Of a stretch of 64,000 nt of DNA, positions 1-12,127 are shown piece by piece. A program made the position numbers and the translations under genes. Location: NCBI GenBank assembly GCA_002269645.1, contig NIVC01001678.1:186001-250000 (forward strand), in the 5' to 3' direction. Origin of the DNA: Macrostomum lignano (taxonomy: Eukaryota). Below the pieces are notes generated by a model. The model saw only the letters and a program-made list of their open reading frames with translations. It did no database searches and was not told the DNA's origin. Each line of letters opens with the position of its first letter. Position 1 is the first letter of the stretch.

Positions 1-46
1 TCTGTGTGTGTGTCTCCGTCTGTCTGTCTGTCTATCTGTCTGTCTA

Positions 47-115
<69 letters not shown>

Positions 116-118
116 TTT

Positions 119-183
<65 letters not shown>

Positions 184-300
184 TTTTCTGTCTGTCTGTC
201 TGTCTGTCTGTGTCTGTATGTCTGCCTGTTTGTCTGTCTGTCTGTCGTGTTGTCTTTATGTCTTAATGTCTGTCTGCTTTGTCTTCGCGTCTGTCTGTCC
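1..300. repeat. (TCTG)n microsatellite, degenerate at the right end
   Basis: Direct tetranucleotide periodicity; the SVCL-repeat ORFs are artefacts of it. Confidence 0.97.
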
Positions 301-794
301 CTTTCTGCTACCAGGTCATTTTGTACATTCTTTGTAGTACTAGTCTCTCCTAGTGTTTGTCTTGTTTGGATTTATTAGTGTCATTCTTAGTATGAAAAAT
401 ATTTCTTCTGTAAACGATAAGCCATATTTATAAATCTAATTTAATGCCCATGCGATTTTACTTCCAGACGACCAGCTTCCACGTCAACTTGAATATTGCG
501 CCTGAGGACAAGTTTGATTTATCAGCTTTTGAATTTGAACAGAAAAATTGGAACACTGTGCGTTTAAACTGGTCATCTGATGCGTTTCTCGTCTGCTTAT
601 CAGTTTCATTGTGAAATAATGCATTATATTTAATAAATAAATATGTTATTTGAGACTGCGAATATAGGGTTTATTTTCATTTATCGTGGTGATTGATTGT
701 GATGAGCAAAATTTATCCATATTACGAACCTATGTTTACTTTATTATTTTGGAAGTTGTGAACGGTTTTTTAATTCTTCAGTAGCTGAAGAATG

Positions 795-1326
795 CAGCTA
801 CCCTCCCTGGTTGTTCATTGGGGATGCCGCCTACCCTCCCTGTTTGTTCATTGGGAATGCCGCTTACCCTCCCTGATTGTTCATTGGGGATGCCGCTTAC
901 CCTCCATGATGCTTCAGTGGGGATGCCGCTTACCCACCATGATGCTTCAGTGGGGATGCCGCTTACCCACCATGATGCTTCAGTGGGGATGCCGCTTACC
1001 CACCATGATGCTTCAGTGGGGATGCCGCTTACCCACCATGATGCTTCAGTGGGGATGCCGCTTACCCACCATGATGCTTCAGTGGGGATGCCGCTTACCC
1101 ACCATGATGCTTCAGTGGGGATGCCGCTTACCCACCATGATGCTTCAGTGGGGATGCCGCTTACCCACCATGATGCTTCAGTGGGGATGCCGCTTACCCA
1201 CCATGATGCTTCAGTGGGGATGCCGCTTACCCACCATGATGCTTCAGTGGGGATGCCGCTTACCCACCATGATGCTTCAGTGGGGATGCCGCTTACCCTC
1301 CTTGATTTTTTATTGGGGATGCCGCT
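795..1326. repeat. 33-bp minisatellite (GGGATGCCGCTTACCCACCATGATGCTTCAGTG), ~15 copies
   Basis: 11-residue periodicity in the ORF track (VGMPLTHHDAS); edge units are degenerate. Confidence 0.95.
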
Positions 1327-1640
1327 ATCGATAGATAGCTTAGCATAGATAGATAGCATAGATAGATAGTTTAGCATGCAAATAATTTTTATGGTTTTTG
1401 ACCGTACGAACTAAAAAGTGGACAAGAAAAGTACAGCAAAAATATCACTGGAGTACATGATTCAAATGTAATATAATATATATAATATAATATTTTGGGC
1501 ATGATAGCAGTAGGGAAGTGATACATAAGCGTACAGACTACACTTCTAAAGAAGCCTCGCTTGAGTGTTGAAAATAAGAGTCAATCTCAGCTATTATTTC
1601 AATAAGCTACTCTAAGTAGTTGATAGTTATTTAAATTATT

Positions 1641-3661
1641 TTACTCCTCGTCCACAGTACAAGCGGACAGGACGATTGACACGATGAGGCATACGGTTGC
1701 TAGGATGCTGCACACAAAGCCGGCGTTGAGACTGTTGGAGGCCGCGTGGCCGTACTGCTGCACGCTGTGGAACACTGTGCCCAGGAACACGGACCAGCAG
1801 ATTATGGTTAGGACCACTGGAATATGAATGAAGAATATAGGGCTTAGCGAAACTCAAACATGTCTCGTGAATGACATCATTTTGCTGAGATGAGATAGCC
1901 ATGCAGAACTTCTGAGGAGGCGATCGATAAAAATAGATTTTTTTGCTGATAAAGTTTTACAACTCCAGGGAGAACTTTCAAATAAATTTTATAAATTTGG
2001 GCCAATCGGTTTAACTAACTTGAAAGTTCACGAAGCCTCAAGTCTTTGGGAAAGCACAGAGCTATAAGGAAGGCCTTGACCTTTGGTTAGAAGGACTTTG
2101 ATGGTGCAGTATAGTTGTCGGGAGTTAAGTGAGGTGGGATCGTGAGGCTGTAGGATTTTTTAGGGCTTGGGAATTATTGCGCAAATGTGGAAATTGTGAT
2201 TTTGAGACTTTCGAGAGTGTGGGAATTGTGATTGTGTGGGAGTTGTGAGGGTGTGTGAATTGTGAAGGTGTGGAAATTGTGATGGTGTGGGAATTGTGAT
2301 TGTGTGGGAATTGTGAGGGTGTGTGAATTGTGAAGGTGTGGAAATTGTGATGGTGTGGGAATTGTGATTGTGTGGGAATTGTTAGGGTGTGCGAATTGTG
2401 ACGGTGTGGGAATTGTGAGGGTGTGTGAATTGTGATGGTGTGGGAATTGTGATTGTGTGGGAATTGTGAGGGTGTGGAAATTGTAAGAGTGTGGGAATTG
2501 TGATGGTGTGGGAATTGTGATGGTGTGGGAATTGTGAGGGTGTGGGAATTGTGAGGGTGTGCGAATTGTGACGGTGTGGGAATTGTGAGGGTGTGTGAAT
2601 TGTGATGGTGTGGGAATTGTGATTGTGTGGGAATTGTGAGGGTATGGAAATTGTAAGAGTGTGGGTTTTGCTAGCGTGTGGTATTTTCAAGACTTGTGAA
2701 TTTCGAGAGTGTGCAGAGCCACAGTGAAATATTTAGAGAACTTGGGATTCACAGAGCCAACAGCGGCTACTGGCACTCACAGGCCATGGCACACATTCCG
2801 GCCAGCGTGAAGGCCAGCCGTTTCTCCTTGTACCGGTGCCGGATCACGTTGGTGTCGTTGCAGGCGGTCACCAGCAGCAGAAACAACGCTCCGAAGGTCA
2901 AGCCGATGCACACAAACAACAGCACCCGGATGGCAATCAGGGCTCCGCTATGCGAGTCTGACAGGTGGTAGAGCGTCTTCTCAGTCAGGTGGGCCGATGC
3001 CAATCCCGTCTCTCCAGCCGATGACGTCAGAGCGATGGCTTTTTCGGATGCCGGCGCAAGCGATTTCGACTTGGTGGCGCCTGCTGGCGTCGGTGTCGGC
3101 TTTGGTGTCGATGCTGCAGGCTGCGGCGGCGGCTGGGCGGCCGGCGCTGGCTGCTGCTGCTCTTTCTGGTAGACCATGATCGCGTGATGGTAGTGATGAT
3201 AGTACGGGTGGTAATAGTGGTAGTAGTGATAGTAGCGAACACCTGCCGTTGTGCGGAATTAGGGTGGAATTTTCTAATGGAATTCGGTTGCTAATTGTTG
3301 ACACCTCTCTCCTCTTTCATTGTCACTCATTAGCCCCAATTGTCACTCATTAGCCCCTGCCTTGTCACTCATTAGCCCATTGTCACTCATTATCCTCTTG
3401 TCACTCATTAGCCTCTTGTCACTCATTAGTCCCAATTGTCACTCATTAGCCCCTTGTCACTCATTAGCAGTCCTACAGCAGCCACACCCGGTACTCACGC
3501 CGCGTCTCCCACAGTCCCACAGTCACATAGGTGGTCACTCTGATCTTGTCGGTCTCCTTCAGCGCCACTTCAACCAGCATCCAGCGATCGCTGAACAGGC
3601 TGATGGTGAGCAGACAGCCGGATGAGCACAGGAAGAAGATCAAGGCGCAACTGTACAACAT
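1641..3661 (-). CDS. Claudin/PMP22-superfamily four-TM protein, ~266 aa; exons 3661-3499, 3242-2781, 1816-1641
   Basis: TM1 (LYSCALIFFLCSSGCLLTISLF) is followed by SDRW...VGLW, the W-GLW signature. LIAIR precedes TM2, then TM3 (LAFTLAGMCAMALVLTIICWSVFLG) and TM4 (AGFVCSILATVCLIVSIVLSAC). GTGAGT donors at 3498 and 2780 match CAG acceptors, both introns phase 1; total 801 bp is divisible by 3. An additional upstream exon cannot be excluded. Confidence 0.8.
2215..2665. repeat. Intronic degenerate tandem repeat built on GTGTGGGAATTGTGA
   Basis: Direct periodicity in the last intron of the claudin-like gene. Confidence 0.9.
3320..3470. repeat. Short intronic repeat built on TTGTCACTCATTAGCCC
   Basis: About 8 variable-length copies in the first intron. 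Confidence 0.85.
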
Positions 3662-4225
3662 GCCGCCAGCCAACTCCCCGCGGGGCAAGTCTGTATCTCT
3701 GCTGCAGCAGAAACTACTAGAATGCAGACTAGGAGGTCCTTCTATTCTATCTAGTCAGCCAGACTGACTCTTAGGAACCAGCTATGGTATCGATTTGCGG
3801 GGGGGGGAGGGGGTTGGGGTAACTTTTCCAATGGCTACTTTATCCCCAGCTACTCTTGTCATTCCTCCCCCCTTTGCAGCTCGAAAACTCAATGTGGCTG
3901 TGTGTGCGCATGGGCTCAGCTCGCTTCAATAGGAGCTATAGTTGAGACCGGTTGGCTCTGCGCGGATATGGGGGGACCTCTGGTAGCTCGTAAGAGTTGG
4001 TTTGGGTCTGCCGGACAGAGTCAACTCAGCTCAAGTATATGAATCATATACACTTGGGCTAGTATGGTTTAAGTCAAATGAAATTATATTATAGAATTAC
4101 TAAGCTATTGAATCCATAGCTCAGATCGCAGTTCAAGACATTTCCTATCAACAACTATTTAGTGGAATCGGCTATTGAAATTTTAGATATTGTTCAGCAT
4201 AGCTATAGATGCGGATTGAGCGCTT

Positions 4226-4765
4226 CCAGACCTTCCTCCCTCCTCTATCTCCCGCTTCTAGACCTTCCACCCTCCTCTGTCTGCCGCTTCTAGACCTTCC
4301 TCCCTCCTCTATCTGCCGCTTCTAGACCTTCCTCCCTCCTCTGTCTGCCGCTTCTAGACCTTCCTCCCTCCTCTATCTGCCGCTTCTAGACCTTCCTCCC
4401 TCCTCTATCTGCCGCTTCTAGATCTTCCTCCCTCCTCTATCTGCCGCTTCTAGACCTTCCTCCCTCCTCTGTCTGCCGCTTCTAGACCTTCCTCCCTCCT
4501 CTATCTGCCGCTTCTAGACCTTCCTCCCTCCTCTATCTGCCGCTTCTAGATCTTCCTCCCTCCTCTATCTGCCGCTTCTAGACCTTCCTCCCTCCTCTAT
4601 CTGCCGCTTCTAGACCTTCCACCCTCCTCTGTCTGCCGCTTCTAGACCTTCCACCCTCCTCTGTCTGCCGCTTCTAGACCTTCCTCCCTCCTCTGTCTGC
4701 CGCTTCTAGATCTTCCAACCACCTCTGTCTGCCGCTTCTAGACCTTCCACCCTCCTCTATCTCTC
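4226..4765. repeat. 32-bp minisatellite (TCTAGACCTTCCTCCCTCCTCTRTCTGCCGCT), ~16 copies
   Basis: Direct periodicity. Confidence 0.95.
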
Positions 4766-5032
4766 CTTCCTTCCTAGATCTGGTGCTATCGAACACCCAT
4801 GAATGCTAGATAGTGTGCACGTCTGACGGTTATAAAGTCAGGCCCGCTGTACACCCTGTGTGAGTGCTGTGCCTGCGTACAGCATTGGCGCGCTTGCATC
4901 CAACAGGCGATTTCAATAACCGAAATTTTAACCGCATGCTTTTGCTTTGCTTTTAAGCTGCAATTCCATTCCTTTGTTTGAATTTGTTCAGAAGTACCAC
5001 AATTCCTGGGGTTATGTTGCTGCCCCAGGCCA

Positions 5033-5884
<852 letters not shown>

Positions 5885-6367
5885 TCGTTTTCCGGACCAA
5901 TGAAAATTTTACTTAAAGCACATTCTCACTGCTATCAACCACCGTCATGCATTTGAGCTGCTTAAGGAACACCCCTCCGCCTAAACAAGTCGGTAACTGG
6001 CATCAGGCTGCTACTTTAAGTAGCAAAGCAGAAGCTACGATAGCATAGCAATTATTCTGTGGCCAAGCCGAACCGCACCCATACCTCTGAAACGCTTTAT
6101 TATTATGGGTTTCCCATAAACGTTTCCTTCTGCCAACAGTTCAGGAAGACAACGAACAATGGACTCGATGGTACTTTCTCTGTGTGATCTCTAGAGTCAC
6201 ATTCTCAAACTTCAGGCGAGGATTTTTCCTCTTCATAATCAGTATATTTTATAAACTAACACACTGTACGCCAGCAAGGAGGAATAGGGGAAGAAAGTGG
6301 AATGGGGAGGCCCAATAGGAGCCGTCGGCCAGAGAAGATTCATGCATCACTCGAGGGTCGCATGGCT

Positions 6368-6966
6368 GGGGTGCTTTCACAAGGTCGAAATTTCACAACG
6401 TCGAAAAGTAAATTATTTCACAAGGTCGAAACTTCACAAGGTCGAAATTTCACAACATCGAAAACTTTAGCAAGAGACTTCATAAGGTCGAAATTTCATA
6501 AGGTCGAAATTTCATAAGGTCGAAATTTCACAACATCGAAAACTCAAATAGCAGCCACTTTCACAAGGTCGAAACTTCACAAGGTCGAAATTTCACAACA
6601 TCGAAAAATCTAGCAAGAGATTTCATAAGGTCGAAATTTCACAAGGTCGAAATTTCATAACATCGAAAACTCAAGTGCAGCCACTTTCACAAGGTCGAAA
6701 CTTCATAAGCTCGAAATTTCACAAAGTCGAAAATTTTATATATCAAGAACCATACAGTAGTTTTCTACGTTGTGAAATTTCGACCTTATGAAGTCCTTTG
6801 CTAAAGCTTTCGATGTTGTGAAATTTCGACCTTGTGAAGTTTCGACCTTGTGAAAGTGGCTGCTATTTGAGTTTTCGATGTTATGAAATTTCGACCTTGT
6901 GAAATTTCGACCTTGTGAAAGAAGGTGCTTTCGACGTTGTGAAATTTCGAGTTTGTGAAACCCCCC
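6368..6966. mobile_element. Non-autonomous foldback-type DNA transposon with internally repetitive inverted arms
   Basis: Left arm repeats TTCACAAGGTCGAAATT and right arm its reverse complement; termini GGGG...CCCC; direct repeat GCATGGCT at 6360-6367 and 6967-6974 (8-bp TSD). Confidence 0.85.
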
Positions 6967-7225
6967 GCATGGCTGAGCTTCTCGCTCGCCGATAATCAGG
7001 GCTATTTTTAGGCATGCAAAAGCTTGTTCACGCATCACGTGCGTGTCGGTTGATTTCTCCAATCCTCTTGCTAACGGCGGTTTGGTTTCACTTCTCCTCA
7101 TTTCTTCTATTGGACGGTGGCAGCGCTGCCAATGGCAGTCAATTGTGACGCGAATGAGCAAAAATAGATAAATTCCAGCAAAATGCGGAGCTCTCCGCAT
7201 TCCACAGCACCGATACCGAGCCGAA

Positions 7226-8580
7226 ATGGAAGCTCTTTGGAGAATCCTGACAGCGATTGCAGCAGTTCTGATGCAGGCCTTCGGCAGGCCCGCAGGCCGA
7301 AGCGAGGACCTTGATGGCACTGAGCGGGAGATCCTGGCAGCCATTGTGTTCGAAAATGAAACAAAAATTTCACGCTACCTGCAGATGGCTTCTAACGTTG
7401 ATAAGCTCTTCAGCATGTCTGGGATAAGATTCACACCGCTTCACTTTGCATGTGAAATGGGAAACGTCAAAATTATCGAAATGTTCATTCAAGCCAGAGT
7501 TGACGTCAATCTTCAACGAAGCGATGGCTGCTCACCTCTGTACATTGCATCAGCGGAGGGTCACCACCAAGTTGTTTGCTCACTCATCAAAGCACAAGCT
7601 GACGTCAATCTTCAACGAAACACTGGCGAGTCACCTCTGTACATTGCATCACAGAATGGTCACCACCAAGTTGTGAGCTCACTCATCAAAGCACAAGCTG
7701 ACGTCAATCTTCCACAAAACACTGGCTCTTCACCTCTCTACATTGCATCACATTATGGTCACCACCAAAGTGTGTGCATACTCATCAAAGCACAAGCTGA
7801 CGTTAATCTTCAAAAAGTCTATGGCTGCTCACCTCTCTACATTGCATCACAGAATGGTTACCACCAAGTTGTGAGCTCACTCATCAAAGTACAAGCTGAC
7901 GTCAATCTTCAACAAGTCTATGGCTGCTCACCTCTCTACATTGCATCACAGAATGGTCACCACCAAGTTGTGAGCTCACTCATCAAAGCACAAGCTGACA
8001 TCAATCTTCAAGAAGTCGATGGCGACTCACCTCTCTGCATTGCATCACAGAATGGTTACCACCAAGTTGTGAGCTCACTCATCAAAGCACAAGCTGACGT
8101 CAATCTTCAAGCAGTCGATGGCTGCTCACCTCTCTACATTGCATCACAGAATGGTCACCACCAAGTTGTGAGCTCACTCATCAAAGTACAAGCTGACGTC
8201 AATCTTCAACATGTCAATGGCTGCTCACCTCTCTACACTGCATCACAGCAAGGTCATCACCAAATTGTAAGCTCACTCATTAAGGCACAAGCTGACGTCA
8301 ATCTTCAACGAAACGATGGCCGCTCACCTCTCTACATTGCATCAGCAAAGGGTCACCACCAAGTTGTGAGGTCACTCATCAAAGCACAAGCTGACGTCAA
8401 TCTTCAAGAAAACGTTCATGGCTCGTCACCTCTCTGGATTGCATCACAAAATGGTCACCACCGAGTTGTGAGCTCACTCATCAAAGCACAAGCTGACACC
8501 AAGGTTGAGCATATTCATTATCAAGAAGTCGCTGAAAACACATCTGCTGTGGAAGAGCCACCGAAAGAGTCACTATTTGG
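7226..8580 (+). CDS. Ankyrin-repeat exon V1 (hydrophobic N-terminus, N-cap, 11 ankyrin repeats); candidate alternative first exon of the ANK-cGLR gene, or a stand-alone 452-aa protein if unspliced (stop at 8584)
   Basis: 33-aa repeats G-x-SPLYIAS-xx-GHHQVVSSLIKAQADVNL; the ORF ends ...ESLFG, with the TAA inside TTTGG|GTAATT (donor at 8581, phase 2). Confidence 0.9.
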
Positions 8581-8748
8581 GTAATTTTCAGTCATTAGAT
8601 TTGTTTTCTTCATTTTTTCGTTTTTCATGTTTTTTCGTTTTTGATTCTTAATAACTTTTTTATTAGTTTTTACGGGTTCGAAGTAGATTGTATAATAGTA
8701 CCATCAAGTAGTAATGAGAGGCGGTTCTGTAAGGTGGAGCACCGCGCA

Positions 8749-8851
8749 AGTAGTATTGGTATATATTGAGAATGAACATCAAGTGAATGAGAGAACGTCA
8801 CAACCGAAGTGAGTGTGTATGGTCATCCTCAATATATACCAATAAACTACT
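8749..8851. mobile_element. ~100-bp MITE-like element with ~21-bp inverted termini; further copies at 9595-9695, 17103-17205 and 17943-18043
   Basis: AGTAGTATTGGTATATATTGAG ... CTCAATATATACCAATA(AA)CTACT around a shared core; two copies in each duplicated segment. Confidence 0.7.
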
Positions 8852-9911
8852 AAAAATATCTAGTTAGTGAAGCTGATGCAATAGGTAAAACAGCATCAGC
8901 AGCAAAGAACATATCTGATGCGAAGAAATCATACAGTAACATGTGTAAAGCAGGTGAGGAACTGGAATATATTAAAAAGAAACTTAGAGAAAAGGAAGCA
9001 AAGATAAGAATGCATGGAAGAAGAGCAGCAGATACAGTGTAGCCTCCCAATTAAACAAGGCTATTCAAGATATTGTTAAAATGGCTCGCTTCTAGGATCA
9101 ACAGAACAGTCTCAAGTATCTTCAAGACAAGGCAATGGTTTGAAGAAATTCTCACATAAAAAATGAGCGAGAAAAATACTGAAGCAAGACTTAATCGCTG
9201 TATTGGTGAAGGAACTTCACGATATGTCAACTATAAATATAGCAATTTTCTCGGTGTATTATAGACACTGTGGAGAGAATGAAAAAGTTCCCCTTTCCGA
9301 GTACAATAGTTGGAATGATAGGAATTTAAGGTTTTTAGTGGTGGCAGTGGCAGTGGCACTGCCATTTGTCAAAGTTGTTATGCTTTTATTTTATGATTGG
9401 AGTTTAAAGTTTTAAGGGTAGCTGAGATCACTACCTAGAAAATAGGGTTACATACAAAATCAGAATAGTTTGGAAACTGCCAGTGCCACTACCACATCTG
9501 CCACACACCTTGGGCTGTCCAAAGAGTGGTGCCACATGCCACCGAATTGGAATTTAAGGTTTTTTACAGACCCCTATTTTTTAAGATATTTTGTAGTAGT
9601 ATTGGTATATATTGAGGATGAACATCAAGTGAATGAGAGAACGTCACGACCGAAGGTAGTGTGTATGGTCATACTCAATATATACCAATACTACTCCCAC
9701 CCCACCTCCGGATGCCCTACCCAACCCCTAGCCTGCCCCACCCTGTTGTGTGTGTACTGTGTGCACTAATATCGCTATTCTATTGACTTCGTACTTTAGT
9801 GTACTACAGTGTCTACTAGTCTACTCACACCCCGACAATATATATCGGCTTGTTAACCCAGTGTCTGGGTCTAAGGGTTCTCGTAGCTTGCAACTAACAT
9901 GACTTAGCTTA

Positions 9912-10841
<930 letters not shown>

Positions 10842-11980
10842 CTATCCTGCCCATGGGCCCTTTTATCTCTCATCTTCTTTTTTCCCCTCATCTCCCAATT
10901 CTCCTGTCTCATCTCACCTCTCCTTTGCTATCTCACTTCTCCTCTCCTCTCTCCTGTCTCCTCTCAAGTCTTCCCTTCCCTCTCCTCTCTCATTTCCTCT
11001 CTCTATTTTCTCTCTTCTCTTTCTTTGTCCTCCTCTGTCTCGCAGTCATGCATGTGTAAGAGTAAATTGCTGGCCCTTTGGTTAAAATGTTTGCCAACAC
11101 CGTATATAAGCGCTTCGTAATGTCATTGCGCATGGTTTGGATGTATGAGAGAGCAGAGAAAGACAGTCAAGGATTGCAAAATTTGATATTGAAATATTTA
11201 ACTATAAGATCATTTAATTTCAGAAAAGTTACAGTCGCTGTCATCAGACATCGTTAGTCATTACTCCATGCTGTTGCAACCGGAGAGTTTGAGTGCCTGA
11301 TTAATGCATGTTCGGGACTTTAATCTCTATACTTGGGTCCAAAACTTTTGCATGCGACTGGGTCCATTCATCTTGCACTGGTCATTGGATTTGTAATCAG
11401 CCTCGAGCTGTTTACAACTGGAACTGGCTGAGGCAACTGAGTACATTTTTTTTGTAAATGCATTTTCTATTGTAAATATGTTTTTGTTTAAAAGATATTT
11501 GCTAGGAATTAAGCAAGCAGTCAGTAAAAGTATCAAGCTGGAAGATTTTCAAGTTAAGTCGACCAACCTTTTCCGATTTCTTTGGGAAAATGCAGATGGA
11601 ATTAATGCGAGTCAGGGAACAATTCTGTCCCTTATAGCAACTGCTTGTATCGCATTGAGTATTTTGTATCTTTTGGTTTGTGAAAGTTAACTTATCGAAA
11701 TTAGGAGTTAATAAGTTAAGATTTTGCTATTAACAAAAGTTAAGATTTTCATTAACGGTGCCCAACATTGCTTATCTAGTAGTTTGTCTTATTTAGCACT
11801 TTGTGTCTTATATTGTATTTTTGTCTGATTTATGAACATAAACTGACAATAATTATCCAATTTTCTACTTTCGCTATGTAATTTTGCGTTCTAATTGCTC
11901 CCAATTGGGCCGTTTTAGCTGTGCCTGTTTTGTGCGTACGTATATTCGTATAATAGTTCCACGATCGATAATTCATACAT

Positions 11981-12127
11981 GCGCAACCTTGGGAATCACC
12001 CGGCCGTTTCTATTGGCAGCACACACATGTAAGTCGCTATTGGACAGAACAGTAGTCACGTGACTGCTCTCAGCCAATAGCAAATTACATTGCCAATAGA
12101 AACGGCCGGGGAATCCCAAGGTTGCGC
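11981..12127. mobile_element. 147-bp palindromic MITE-like element
   Basis: ~38-bp imperfect TIRs (GCGCAACCTTGGGA...CGGCCGTTTCTATTGGCA / TGCCAATAGAAACGGCCG...TCCCAAGGTTGCGC); internal palindrome AGTCACGTGACT; no TSD recognised. Confidence 0.7.

Noticed and set aside
795-1326. Regular 33-bp array superficially like a CRISPR array
   Set aside because: Units are contiguous with no unique spacers, no cas genes are present, and the context is eukaryotic; the same holds for all other arrays in the window.
7226-8584. Treating the two ankyrin ORFs only as complete single-exon genes
   Set aside because: The stop lies inside a phase-matched donor and the cGLR exon 2 has an acceptor but no start codon of its own; kept only as a possible minor isoform.
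9203-9769. Small ORFs duplicated at 17557-18117
   Set aside because: Their identity follows from the DNA duplication; they start at non-ATG codons, run through a MITE, and show no recognisable domain.
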